Positions 22,201 through 34,672 of a DNA stretch of 64,000 nucleotides are shown here, in pieces (positions within the stretch are counted from its first letter, which is position 1; every line of letters starts with the position of its first letter). The notes under the pieces are model-generated. The model worked only from the letters and a program-made list of their open reading frames with translations. It searched no databases and had not been told where the DNA came from. Source of the DNA: Amphiscolops sp. MND2022 (taxonomy: Eukaryota); NCBI GenBank assembly GCA_964187785.1, contig OZ076409.1, forward strand, positions 82,214,001-82,278,000. Reading direction: 5' to 3'. A program made the translations under genes and the position numbers.

Positions 22201-22881
22201 GAAGAGAAGATGGTGAAGTGGCAGTCTAAGTTGACGTTTAATGGGATCCATAAATGTTATGAGAAATATGATAGTTTCACGTTTAAGATGAATGAGGTTC
22301 TGATGGATAAGCCAATATATCTTGGATTTAGTGTGTTGGAGTTGAGTAAGCTGTTGATGTATGAGACCTACTATGATAAATTTCAACAATATTTTGGGGA
22401 AGAAAATATTCAACTTCACTATACCGACTGCGACTCAATGGTGTTGAGTATAAAGATAAGAGATATTGTTGAAGAGTTATATAACCTCAAAGATTTGTTT
22501 GATTTCAGTAATTTAAACAGAGAGCATAAATTGTTTAATGAAGAAAATAAGAAAGTAGTTGGTAAATTTAAAATTGAAACACCTGGGAGTATTTGGATTG
22601 ATGAGTTCATCTGCCTGAGAAGTAAAGCGTATGCATATAAATGTGTTGGAGAAAGTTATCAAAAACTAAAAGGTATCTCAAAATCTCAGAGTAAGAATAT
22701 AAAGTTTGAAGAGTATTACAATTGTTTGTTTGGTGGTGATTATCAAAAAGAATGTGAAAATTTTGTGATTAGATCTATAGATCATGATATGTTTCTTCAA
22801 AAGGTTACAAAGAATTCTTTATCTGCATTTGATGAGAAGCGTTGTTATTTGAATAATATTGAAAGTATCCCTTGGATGTAA
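19270..22881 (+). pseudogene. polB: Protein-primed family B DNA polymerase interrupted by one in-frame TAA (21292-21294)
   Basis: Both ORFs share a frame. Exonuclease YGDFE, FHNFSNYD, YLKTDV; polymerase YIDANNLYG, KLLNNAFYGK, YTDCDS; inserted endonuclease VII-like DHCHLTGRYRGAAHEKCN; N-terminal C2H2 finger. Confidence 0.93.
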
Positions 22882-22921
22882 TGTAAAATTTTAAAGTTAG
22901 TGTGATGGTGAGTGTCTTTGT

Positions 22922-23251
22922 GTTTGAGTAATAAATAGTAGTATAGAAAGGGGGATTTGATATTAACTTGAAGGGTGTAAGGAGCGAAACGGTGCGAAGC
23001 GGAGCGGAGTAGTGTAGAAAAGGGGATTTGACATTAGCGCGAGGTAGCCATGAGCGAAACGGAGCGAAGCGAGCAAAGCGAGCGAAGTGGAGGAGAGTGA
23101 ATGGCTAAGCGAGGTGGTGAATGAAGTGAGAGAATCGAGCGAAGCGAGATTATCGAGCAAAGCGAGATGATCGAGTGAAGTGAGATGATCGAGCGAAGTG
23201 AACCAGCTCGCGTCCTTGCGTCTGGTGTCAAATCCCCTTTTCTACACTACT
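22922..23251 (-). repeat. Right TIR of the Polinton
   Basis: Reverse complement of 8295-8624. Ends ACTACT, followed by GTTGAA. Confidence 0.95.
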
Positions 23252-26200
23252 GTTGAATTTTTTACCGGCTCCATGGAAACATACAAGCTAACTTTGTGTA
23301 CAATATGGAAGACTCATGGAGCATGTATGGAACAGTTTTGTAAGATTACAGTGTTTCCACTATTCCAAGTAAAACTGGAAATATTTCCACTTCTTCACCT
23401 TCGCGATCACTTCATTTTCACTCTTAAGTTTTTCAAGTAAGTCGCTTACGTAATCACCATTAGTCAAATAGCACGCTGAATATGACGCAACTTTGAAACT
23501 CATAATGTGACTGAAACTTCATTTGCATTGAAAACTGATGATATTTCAGATGCTTTTAAAATTGAACTGCTGCTGAATCAAAACTGCCAAACTTCGCGAT
23601 TCGAAATTGCTGCCAAAATTAAGATGCACCTTATAGGCAGTTGATAAAATTTTTTAATAAATTTTAATGCATGGAAGTTTCCTTGAGAAATTTAAAAAAT
23701 CCTGAGAAATTAGCTTGGTAACCTACAAAAACTGTAAAAAGTTCAAGTAGTTTCAACGAGGGACAACTTGATACAATTCGTTTGAGTTAGTGAAGTTTTA
23801 TTGCGTGCAAGTTTGCGTGGCACACTCTCAAAATCATGGAGCATGTGCTTGGCACCGTACAAGAACTTGAAATTAGTCAAGCATTTTCAACGAGAGATCT
23901 TTTTTTCGAAAAATTCAAACTTGCTATTCGAGTATTAATTCTTTTTCTATAGCAGCTCAGACGCAAAATTTACACTTTTGGTCAAGTTCAAACTGCTGCG
24001 TTTTTTTTCAAGAGCTCAATTTATTGATTCGACTCAATAAACTGTTAACCTTGAATGCTTTCAAAAGAAACGAGAGTGAATTTTGATAATTGAAACTCAA
24101 CTCCAACAAGTGGAGTTTGCATTTCGAAGGAGTATAGAAAAGGCCGCACTTTCTCGTTAAGCAGAAAAACCACATCTGGAACGAAAGTTAGTGACCTTGA
24201 AACCTAAATAGGTAATGTTGGGAAACTGAACGCAATTGTTTGAAGCAGTTCTCAACAAGCTCTCTTTTGGAGTATTTTGGATAAATTACTTCCGTGTTAT
24301 TTTTTATTGACTTCAGTTGTTTGATTTTGTTACATCAGTTATTGGTATTTGCGATTGCAGTGGGTCGCTGAAGTCGGAACTACATGTTTGCAACTCTGAT
24401 TTACGTTGTGGAATTATGAAAGGTGCATGGCATTGTGGTACTTTTTGTTATTAGAAGACGCTTTCAATAAAAATACTGCACTTATAAAGCTCTCTCGTTT
24501 GAAGATTTAAAAGCAATTAAGGAAATCTCAACCAAAATGCCCCTATAGATCTGAAAACTAGCTCATGGAAGTATGTATAAAAAGTCGCAAAAACGCATTT
24601 TAAATGAGTTTTTTGACATTTTTTCTTGGCAATTCTTATTTAGATGAATAGTCAATATTTTGGACATACAGTACTTTGATCGCTATATACGTTACGTCAG
24701 AACATAGTATTAATACAGTTCAAATTGGAAGCAAATGGAAGTTTGGAAAAAGTTAAAGTAAAAGGATGAAACAAACATTTTAGGTAGATGTTGCCGGTAC
24801 AGGGTACGCGTGACTCTCCCGGGGAATATTTACAACGATGCAGTAAGTTAGAACTAAAAATACAAGAGCAAAAAACAAGTGATTCAAATTTGACTGAGAA
24901 CGTTTAATACATACTTGGAAAGTATCTTTTCATCCTTTCCTCACACTTAATAGTCAATCTTTGAATTGTTCCTTTTTTTTTAAAAAAAAAAATTTTTATA
25001 CTAATCCGTGTAATTGTACCAGATCTATGTCTCTGATAAGCATTTATAGTGAAAAAAAGTGCTATATGAACACCACGAAAATTTTCCTTTTTAATGGAAC
25101 ATAATTTATAAAATAGAATTTCTCATTGCTAACCATATGGGAGCTTTCTGTCAAAAACAGAAATTGCATAGAAGCTGGCGAAAAAAAGCAATCACCCAAA
25201 TTGCAAAGTACGGTTGTGTTTTTGATAGTTATTGTTTTTCAGCAGCAACTAAAATAGCGCAACCTATTATTTCCCTATATCTGCGAAGTATCTGTCGAGA
25301 TTTAAATAAATAGGTCCCACGGGAACAATTCAGACAACATTCTAGTAACTAGGGAGGAAATATACATACTATTATAGTTATGGAAAGATTTTCAGAAGTC
25401 GAGTTCATCGAATTAGGCTGGATAGAGAATGCTTGTTACTTCATAAATATTTCATCATTTTTTCCACGTCCCATAGATTTTCAATGAACCGCCATTCTCT
25501 AAAAATATGCATGGGCAGCATTTGAACTTTTCGTCACGGATTATGTAGAAAGGGATTCATTAAAAGCGCCCAAATTCACGGAAGTGAGATATCTTTCCTC
25601 TCTACGTTACCAGCAGAGTCAGAATATTCAAAGTTTTTGATATATTTCTAGACTGGACTTTATTCCAGATGATTGATTTTTATGATCGTGATCCAGTGGT
25701 CTGATTGAATCAGGTACGCTTTTCCCCAATGGAGCCAGAATTGGGGCAATTCAAGCACGCTAATTGAGCATTCCCTCGTCGCCTGACAGAAAATTCTAAT
25801 AACTGGAAAAAATGACACTTTAAAAGCCTAAATCAGAAGCAGGGAGTAATGATGTGATTGATTCCATCGGTGGAATTTCTACTGTTTTCCTGCGTCCTTG
25901 AACCATTGACAAACACAATTCAATTATTCTTAAAAGACTTGAAGGGTTGATAAATGTGAAATTCTAGAAATAGTTAGTTTTGCCTTGACTGCGCATGAGT
26001 TTAGCGAGACAACATATCAGAAAAATGTGACACAACATACATAATCGAACAATTTCTTTTCAAGTTTTGACATTCCGTTTTTGATTGCATACTAAACCAA
26101 AACAAGCCGGAAGCGACCCGAGGTTTAAACAGTTTCCATCTATGCAGAAGGACATTATTGTGAAAAGTTTTATCAAGTTTACAGTGCTAAAATACCCGAA

Positions 26201-26974
26201 GGGATACCTATAAGACTCGAAAACCCTATTTTTGGAACTAAGTGGAAAATTTTTTCTCTCGGAAAAAATGTCTACTTCGACTATAATGATTTTCGGGAGA
26301 GCAGAAGTAGTTTTTGTCGATTGACTTCTATCGCCTTCGGCAGATTGACAGCAACAATACAGAATGGAGAAGAAGAAAAAGAATGAACATATTAATTACG
26401 TTAGCAAGACAATTATTTCAAAGAAAAGCACGAGTCTTTAACTGATGCAACTTAAAACTCAAAAGATTGAACATTAGAAAATTTGAGTTTGCAAGTGTCT
26501 TTATATGTGATGCGTCAAAAAGTCTGCAAACGCTTTTTTCTAGCCGAAAACGTTTTGAAAAGTGAAAGATTACCTTTTGAATGATCAAATGAACTTTTTT
26601 CGAAACTTGCACAGTGCCTGTAGTTTCGACAATCAATGAGAAAACCCTCATCAGTCCCATTTCACTGAAAAGTAACCAAAAGCGTTACCACTAAGGCTCC
26701 GAAAACGTCTTTCCGTGACAGAAAACTACAAAACACTACGTCAACTGCACCACTGATTCATGGCTCTACAATGAACGTATTCAAGAAGTTACGCTATCCA
26801 CTTGCGAATCTGATTGGATTCCGGTTTATTAAGGTGTTCCACAAAGGACTATTTCAGGGCCTTTTCTATTCAATATCTATGTTAATAATTTGACAATACG
26901 TGCAATCTTGTGCAATACGCAGATGATACCATGATTTTCACATCTAACAGAGATGTATATGAATCGTTGAAAGC

Positions 26975-27400
26975 CCAGGAAAATACCTTTTGTGAAATCA
27001 AAATATAAATGTCGACGGCACCAGTTAACTCTCCTATCTTTTTGAGCATTCGTAAGAACGTCTTGAACAGCAACACGATTTCGAATGTCGCGATTTTTCA
27101 AAAAGCGGTGTGCCGTGGCATTGGAGACAAGTCCTCTGGCTGTAAGCAGAAGGTCAGAAAGCCGTAGTTTTGAGTTTCGATTAACGCGGCCCAGAAGCTG
27201 ACGCTTGATTCTTCTTGTGAGTACAGATTTTCGACCCAATTTGACTTTTTTCTGCCCAATACGTCGTTTCAGGATTCCTCTAAATGTTGACTCGGAAATC
27301 GAGAAAATCCGAGCAATTGCTGAGTTTGCACAATCCGGGTTTGCACTTTAAAACGGTATATCGATTTTGCAAGGTCATCAGATGTGCGTTTGCCTCGCAT
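26975..27400 (-). mobile_element. Tc1/mariner transposase fragment (N-terminal HTH region)
   Basis: MRGKRTS...IARIFSISEST...GRKSVLT...LTNAQKDRRVNWCRRHL..DFTKGIF. Truncated before the catalytic domain and frameshifted. Confidence 0.7.
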
Positions 27401-28068
27401 GGTTACAGAAATTGATATGATAGCATCGCTAATTGAAAGACCGGTACCTCGTGAACTTTTTGAAACGATCTATAGTCAAACAACTCGAGCCATTCACGGA
27501 CCTTTCGCTCACAACTGTCTACTACCTGTCACCACAGCACGTCATGATGTACAGAAGGTTGTCCACGTCATTAAGTAGGAGCTTCGAAGGTTTTACAAAC
27601 AATGCCTGGTTTCCCTTTCAGTGTTGGAACAGATCATCTCACATGAATCACTGCGCATGTAGAAGGACATTCTTACCTGCTGCTTCACTCGAATTTGGGG
27701 GAGTCTGTGAATAACTAGTTAGATCCTGCAAAGAGGCTATGGTAGCAGTTTACACGACCGCTATCGAACTTTGTTGTCAATTTTGTGCTTCGTTGAGAAA
27801 CGTGTTTATTTCCGTTCAGTTGTATGAGCTAATTTCACATCTTTTTCAACTGTTCTACTGTTTAATTCTTGTTTGCTTAGTTCATGCCGTGTCCCACTTG
27901 TTTTGTCAAGCTCGTTGCTACACTGATATGATTTTTGCGACATTGGCGGATCCAAGATGTCGTTCAGTTGCGGCAAATGTCGAGTGGTTTGATTCAATTG
28001 ATTGTTATTTTCCGCCCACAAAAATGGGGGAGGAAAATCATGATCTGTGTCGCGGTTTTTTCTTACAA

Positions 28069-28969
28069 CCCAGGTTTTCAATCTTTGCGAATCTGTAAAG
28101 ATCTGCAGGATTTTTTCTGCAGGGTTCTGCAAAGATCGTTGCACTGAATCTTGAAGATCCATACAGATCTGCAAGATCTTTACAGAAGTGTGCAGATCTG
28201 CAAGATCTTTACAGAAGTGTGCAGATTTTTTTTAAAGATTTCTGCAGAAATATGTTTTTCTGCAGCTTCTAAGGAACCAATATACTGATTTTTGGACTTC
28301 TTCAACTACTTCATTTTTTTTATTTTAGTATTTTAGCTGACCTAGGGTCAGTCAGTTGAAACTCTCCATCACTCAAAAGTCTTGAGAAGGAAAATTTGTC
28401 CCCATCACGAAAACTTTTGTGACGGGAGAAAATGCAGTTTTGGTAAAACACTGTAATTTATCCATTTCACTCGAACTTTCCAGAAGTGATTGTTGAACTT
28501 TAAGAGGCTCGTTTGTCATATTGACTTCGTTTTGGCCGATGAAATTTGACATGTGGCAACCATCTGGGTTGGTCGATATGTTGATGAAAAGTTGTTTTTG
28601 TAAAATTTCCGCAACATAATTTGATGGAGTATTTTTAGTAATTGCTGTTAACTTGGAATACGTTATAGTAATTGTTTGGCTCTGTAAAGATCTGTAAAGA
28701 TCTGCAAAACTCTGCAGATCTGTACAGATTGCTGCAGAAAAATGTTTCATCATTTTGCCATAAATGAGACTTCTCTCCAGTTCTAAACACTTTTAATATT
28801 CGTTTGACATCTCTGTGGGGTTTTTATTGTATTTCTGAGTACGTCACTTTTTTTCGAATCTGCACATATCTGCAAAGATCTGCAACAATTCTGCAGATCT
28901 GCACATATCTGCAAAGATCTGCAAAAATCCTGCAGATCTGCACAGATTCGCAAAGATCGAAAACCTGGG
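28069..28969. mobile_element. Non-autonomous DNA transposon (CACTA/EnSpm-like MITE)
   Basis: TIR CCCAGGTTTTC.ATCTTTGCGAATCTGT, subterminal AGATCTGCA arrays at both ends, 2-bp AA on both flanks. Confidence 0.75.
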
Positions 28970-29019
28970 AAATTCTGCCAAATCTCCACTTTTATTTACT
29001 CCATTTAGTAAAACGATAA

Positions 29020-29090
29020 AATAGGCACAGTTGGTAGTGCGTCTGCCTGCCAGGCAAGAGGTCATGGGTTCGACCCCGGGTATGGAGCGT
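29020..29090 (+). other. Degenerate tRNA-like sequence (possible SINE head)
   Basis: A-box-like GGCACAGTTGGT and B-box-like GGTTCGACCCC at tRNA spacing. Acceptor stem does not pair. Confidence 0.45.
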
Positions 29091-29383
29091 TACATTTTTT
29101 GTAGCGGAAAACATCCCGGTGCTTAGCGGGCGTCTTGTTAAGTTCAAACAGTTGGTGGTGCAAATCCTTATTTTCAGTTTTTGCGTGAAGACGAATAGAG
29201 CCAAAGATGTTTTATTTCGATGTGCTAATGTCAGAATTTCTTATAGTCATTTAACACTCGTCTCAGCCTGGGAACAGAAGAAGGATGGACCGAAATTCTT
29301 CTGTCCATCCTTCATGTTTGATGCCGCTCACGACGTAATATTGTTTCCTAAATGTGGAACACCAAAGGAGCAATGATGGTACC

Positions 29384-32300
29384 TGTAACAGATTGACATT
29401 GAAAATTAACGTTAGTGCTAGACAAAACGTACAAGTTGAACATTTTAAATACTAACAACTGTCAAAATTGCTAGACATCGATAAAGTTCAGATATTCATT
29501 TGCTGTTGCCTTTTACACTTTACACTGCTATCTAGTTGCTAATATATTCTTCATCCATTTCTTCTTCATTCTTAAAGTTTTACTTCAACATGGCGCTGCG
29601 AGCAAATACATTGTCTCCCCGGAGAGATAATCATCCGTCTTTATTGCCTGGGTTGCCTTTATTTTGCCAGGAAATCTCCAGCAATGGAATGGGAGAGATG
29701 GTTCGACATCTTCACTCTGGCTGTTATGGCCAAGTATTCAATATCTGTCGAGGAATCGACGACAACCGGGGTTGCTGAACACCCAAGGGTAAAGGCATTA
29801 TTCGGGGATATGCCGGAAGAAGCAACAGAGAAGAAACTGGTATCCTGGCTATTTTTCTCGGTGGGAGAACAAGCGAGAAAGATGTTTAAGGATAAATATC
29901 CAGAAGTTTCAATTTGGATTCTACGAGCGCAAGACATGATAGATAGATGCGTAAACTGCTTCCACGTTGCCCGCAACAGAACGTTGGACAGGCACAAATT
30001 ATATCAAGAAAACAACAACCCGATGAATCCTTGCAGCAATTGTGGCATTCGCTAAATGGCCTGGCGTCCAGATGTGAATGTGTGGAAATTACCCAAGTTC
30101 ATGATGTGTTTATTCTGAACACGAACAAAGGCTCAAGAGAAACTGTGTGTGGAGCCCTACGACAACCCTTCAATATGCCATTTCCTACGACGAAGGCATC
30201 AGGAGACAGCAGTCAATGAGCGTGGGAGTGGTAGAAAGCTTGAAAATGGCAGTAAAGAGCGAGCCGGTATACGCCCTGGACAGAGCATACAAAAGAGAAT
30301 GCTTTCGTTGTGGTGCAGGGAAGTTTACCATTGACAAAATAAAGAGATGCCCGGCCACCAATCATAAATGTGAAAACTGTGACATCACAGGCCATATGGA
30401 AAAATGATTCAACCAAAAATATCCAGAGAGAAAGAAGCAAATGAAACTGGAAGACGATGAAATAGTACTGCGGGTAGAAGGGACCGGTGTGAAACCCTTC
30501 ATGAAGGAAGACCTGATGTGCGGTAAAAAAATTCAAGGCACTTATCGACACGGGATCGCCAGTCTCTATATTTGCAGTGGATGAGTTACAAAAAGTTATA
30601 CAAAATCATCGGAGAGCACTGGGTCGTAGTCAGAAAAATGATCAACAATGAGAGATATGTGGATTTTAAAAGACGCCCCCACCACTACTGGGATACATGT
30701 TTGTCAGCATACAAGTGGGAAAGACAGGAATGTCCAAGCGAAAGTACTGGTTGCGAAGAAGGGATCGAAGTCCATCGTTGACCATGATTGGCTTACAGCA
30801 TTAAAGTATAGCATTGAACGACCAATCGCAAAGGTTGAAAAATCAGTAAATAGCATTTCCTGCGGAAGTGCAGAACCTGAGAAAAAAGCTAAGCCCCGAC
30901 GTGAGGTACTTAGTTGAAGAGTTTCCACATCTATTCAAGAGACAAGGAAGAGTGAACAACTATAAAATTAAAATAGAAATGAAGAACGGCACGCGCCGCT
31001 TAACTGAACAAAAGGGGCGGAGAATTCGAATACGGCTGCAAGAACAAGTAGATCAAGAAATCAAAAATCTACTAGAACAGGGACATATTAAAAAAGTAAG
31101 TAATACAGAAGAAGAGGTTTTCATACAACCTGTGGTAATAACGGTGACAAAAGACCGGTCTGTAAAATTAGCCCTAGACGAACGCGTGTTAAATAACTCA
31201 ATTGCAAAAGACAAGTACCAATTGCCAAATCTCGAAAGTCTAATGTACATGATTGCTGAAAAAATCGACGGAAAAGAAGGTGAAGTGTTATACTTGTCCG
31301 TTGATAAGAAGTATGCGTATGGACAAGTCCCGTTAGACGAAAGTACGGCAAAACACTGTAACTTCCAAGTTATAGGCGGAAAATCAAAGGGTACCTATAG
31401 ATTCGTAACAGGCCACTGCGGACTAACACTAACAATGATGCCAACCGATTTTCAGCTTAATGGACTTGACACTCGTAAATATGGATTGTACATTTGTGTA
31501 TATAGACCATATTTTATTTGTTACAAAGGGTGAAAAAAGTGTGCATATGCAGAAAGTTCGGGAATCATTAGAAGTGTTAGACAAAGCCAATTTGCTATTA
31601 AGAGCATATAAATGCCAAATCGCGTGTACAAAAATTGAGTGATTAGGGTACGAACTGCCAGGAGAAGGCATTGCCCCAGTAAATGGCAAAGTCCAAGGAA
31701 ATCCCGAAAGGCTAAAACCGGGTAACTCGAAAGAATGGAGATCATTCTTGGGGGCAGTCAACCAATTGAATAAATTCGTCTCAGAGTTAGCTAACATCTG
31801 TGCACCATTCAAATCAATTTTGAAGAAAGAAGCAGAGGGGAAATGAACTCAAGACCATGAAAAAGCCTTTTTAAAACTTAACCAAGAGGGTAAACGAATT
31901 ACGGAATTGACAAATTTTGAATGAATTAGAAAATTAAAATTTATATGTGATGCTAGCAAAAACTCGTTGGAGGCGGTGCTCCAACAACAGTTGGAAAACA
32001 AAGAATGAAAATCTGTCAATTGCGTCAAGATTTTTAACGGACTTCAGATTTTTAACGGAACACTCAGTTAATGAGCTACAGTTTTTAGCTGTCGTATGGG
32101 CAATCGAGCCTTTCAGAAATTACGTGTACGGTGTAAAAGTCCAAGTAGTTTCTGATCAAAAAGCGTTAGCATCAGTAGTGAAACCAAATTGGAGGAATTA
32201 AACGTTCTCTGGTAGGCTAACGATATAGGTTGACAGATTGCTGCCATTTGAATTTGAAGTCATCCATGCACCAGGTAGAGTATTAGGTTTTGCAGATTAC

Positions 32301-34672
32301 CTATCGATACATCCAGATGAAATAAAAAGAAATACTGTGGAGGCCGAAAACCTATGGAATGACTGGTTTACAGTAAACACTTTTATCAAAATTAATGCTG
32401 TTTCAGAGGAAGAGACAACGCCGTCAGATTTGAATCGATGAAACTGCTGCGTGCGCCGTACTCGGTACTTAAAGTGGAGAGTAAACAGAGCGAGCGACAG
32501 TCAAAAATGGCGAGAAAGCATGAAGGTAATCATCCAATCAAATCGCTGCAAAGTAAAGTAAGAGAACGCGAACGCAATTTCATTGCTGCTAATAATAACG
32601 CCAAAATGAGTCAACGCGACGAAGTGAACAAAACTTCGCAATTTGCCATCTCCGAGAGAATTGAGAACTCAAACAATTCTTACCTCCCCGCAAACTATCA
32701 GACAAAATGCTTCAAAAATTATAATCGTTGTAAATCTCCGGGTAGGAGCCAAAATTTCAAGGTTACCGGCATCTTGGCGAGAAAAATTCATCTCCTTTAG
32801 CATCGATGAAAGGGAATATCTTCACATGGACGAGAGACTCGTTATTCCGGTTAAACTACGCGCCTCAATGATGAGCTTTGTTAATTACGGTCACCCTGGC
32901 CGGGATTCTATGCTGCGGTACATTTCGGACATCTGATGGCCCAGAATTCAAAGAGAGGTCATCAACACCGCAAACTGTTGCGAACAATGCTCACAAGCAG
33001 TTAAAAACGTTGAACCTTTGAGAAAACAAAGTCAATTTGGAGAAATACCAAAATCCCTAAAACCAAATGAAAAAATTGCGCTGGACATTGCAGGTCCTTT
33101 CCAAAATGCGGAACACGGAAAAATACATCCTGGTGGCAATTGATAATTACTCCGCTTGGCCGGACGCCCTATCTTTACCCAAACCATTGACAAAAAAGGT
33201 TAATGAAGTTTTGAGAAACTAAATAGCCGAATATGGCATACCAAAACAGATTGAAACGGACCCGGGAACAGTATTTACGAGCGAGGAATTTAAAATATTT
33301 TGTAGCCAGTTTCAGATGAAACACATAACCTGCCCAGTACGCGATCACCGGGGAAATAGCAAAACTGAAAGACTAATATCAACGATTAACGAAGGCCTGA
33401 GAACAAAAAAAACATTATCTTAAAATGAGATTAGTCAGGCTTATCAGAATTATTATACGCGTTGCGAACGGGCCAAAAGGCGGACGGAAAATCGCCGTTC
33501 AAAACTTATATGGACGGAAACCGAATACCGTAACGAGTAACGTAGTCCAGCGAAATAAAAACGTTTCAGAAACGGAGTCAAAGCTAACCTTCAGCCCTGA
33601 AAGAGAGAACGAGTGTGAGAAGCCAGAGGAGAAGGAAGCGACCAATGAGAAAATGCAGAATCGTAGAAATCGCCTATTCCTAAAAAAATGAACAATCCCA
33701 GGGCAAAGCTAGCTGACGATAAGCTGACGGAAAGAAAATGGCGATAAAGTCTTCGGTGGAGTGGACCCCTGCGAGTTAGAGAAAGCCTCGAAAGAGGCGA
33801 CCAACGCAACGTTATGGAATCGACGTTGTAATGCAGGTGGAAAACAAGACGGGAACGTCCCAAGTCGGCGCCATATCTTAGGCTCAAAAATATTCAAGGA
33901 ACAACTATTGGAAATATTTGGGAAAAAAATTATTTGGTAAAAAAGTCGCACAATGACGAAAAACCAAAAAGAGGTCATTTAGGCTCATTCAACGTTTTCT
34001 ACAAACCGAAAACGTCAAAAAAAATGCAAGGGGGTACCCTTTGATAAAATTCGAAAATTTTCGAAAAAAGTCGCATGGTGCCGAAAAAAACCCAAAGGGG
34101 GGACCCTTTGGTCTCACCTGTATTTTTGGGAGCATTAAAAAATTTATGGTTTAGTGCGAGAATCGAACCCACGCTCTCCGGCTTGGTCGAAGATGGAAGA
34201 TGAACAAATATGAAAGATGAACAAATTGTAAGAAAAGAGGACCACTCGGAGTGAGATTGTCAACTGAAAAAAAAACTACTCACTGTAAGAGTCGGGTTTT
34301 TTTCCTTAAGCTTTTTTCCCAAAGAATCTGAAAGTGTAAAACATTAAACCCCTTGAAAGTCGTGTAATCTGAAATGAATAACAGTATTAACCATACATGT
34401 AAAAGTTGATTGAACTGAGATTGATGTAAAATGCGTATCCCAACTTTTTGTCTAAAAAACGGGGAGTGTAACAGATTGAAATTGAAAGTTAACCATAGTG
34501 CTAGACAAAACGCATAAGTGTGAACAGTTTAATTACTAACACCTGTCAAAATTGCTACACATCGATAAAGCTCAGATGTTCTTTCGCTGTTGCCTTTTAC
34601 ATTGCTATCTAGTTGCTAATACATTCTTCATTATCCTTATCTGCTTTCCATTCCTAAAGTTCTACTTCAACA
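29384..34672 (+). mobile_element. Decayed Ty3/Gypsy LTR retrotransposon
   Basis: LTRs TGTAACA...TTCAACA at 29384-29590 and 34467-34672, GTACC TSD, PBS TGGCGCTGCGAGC (tRNA-Ser-like), PPT AAAAAACGGGGAG. Gag knuckles, protease LIDTGS, RT, RNase H and integrase in Gypsy order, all disrupted. Confidence 0.93.
33845..34305 (-). mobile_element. HINE/DINE-1-like Helentron-associated element nested in the Gypsy (truncated)
   Basis: Starts CAAGACGGGAACGTC..AGTCGGCGC and contains CACTGTAAGAGTCGGG, as in 50564-51174. Confidence 0.65.

Larger units (their letters stand above)
8295..23251 (+). mobile_element. Polinton/Maverick (adintovirus-like endogenous virus), full length, 14,957 bp
   Basis: AGTAGT...ACTACT termini, 330-bp TIRs, GTTGAA TSD (8289-8294 and 23252-23257). 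Encodes ATPase, two capsid proteins, protease, integrase and pPolB. Confidence 0.97.

Noticed and set aside
10944..22610. Minus-strand ORFs within the Polinton
   Set aside because: Antisense shadows of + strand genes with no motifs.
23260..26900. Intergenic stretch after the Polinton
   Set aside because: No supportable ORFs, exons or repeat boundaries seen.
29020..29090. Functional tRNA gene
   Set aside because: Acceptor and anticodon stems do not pair properly.
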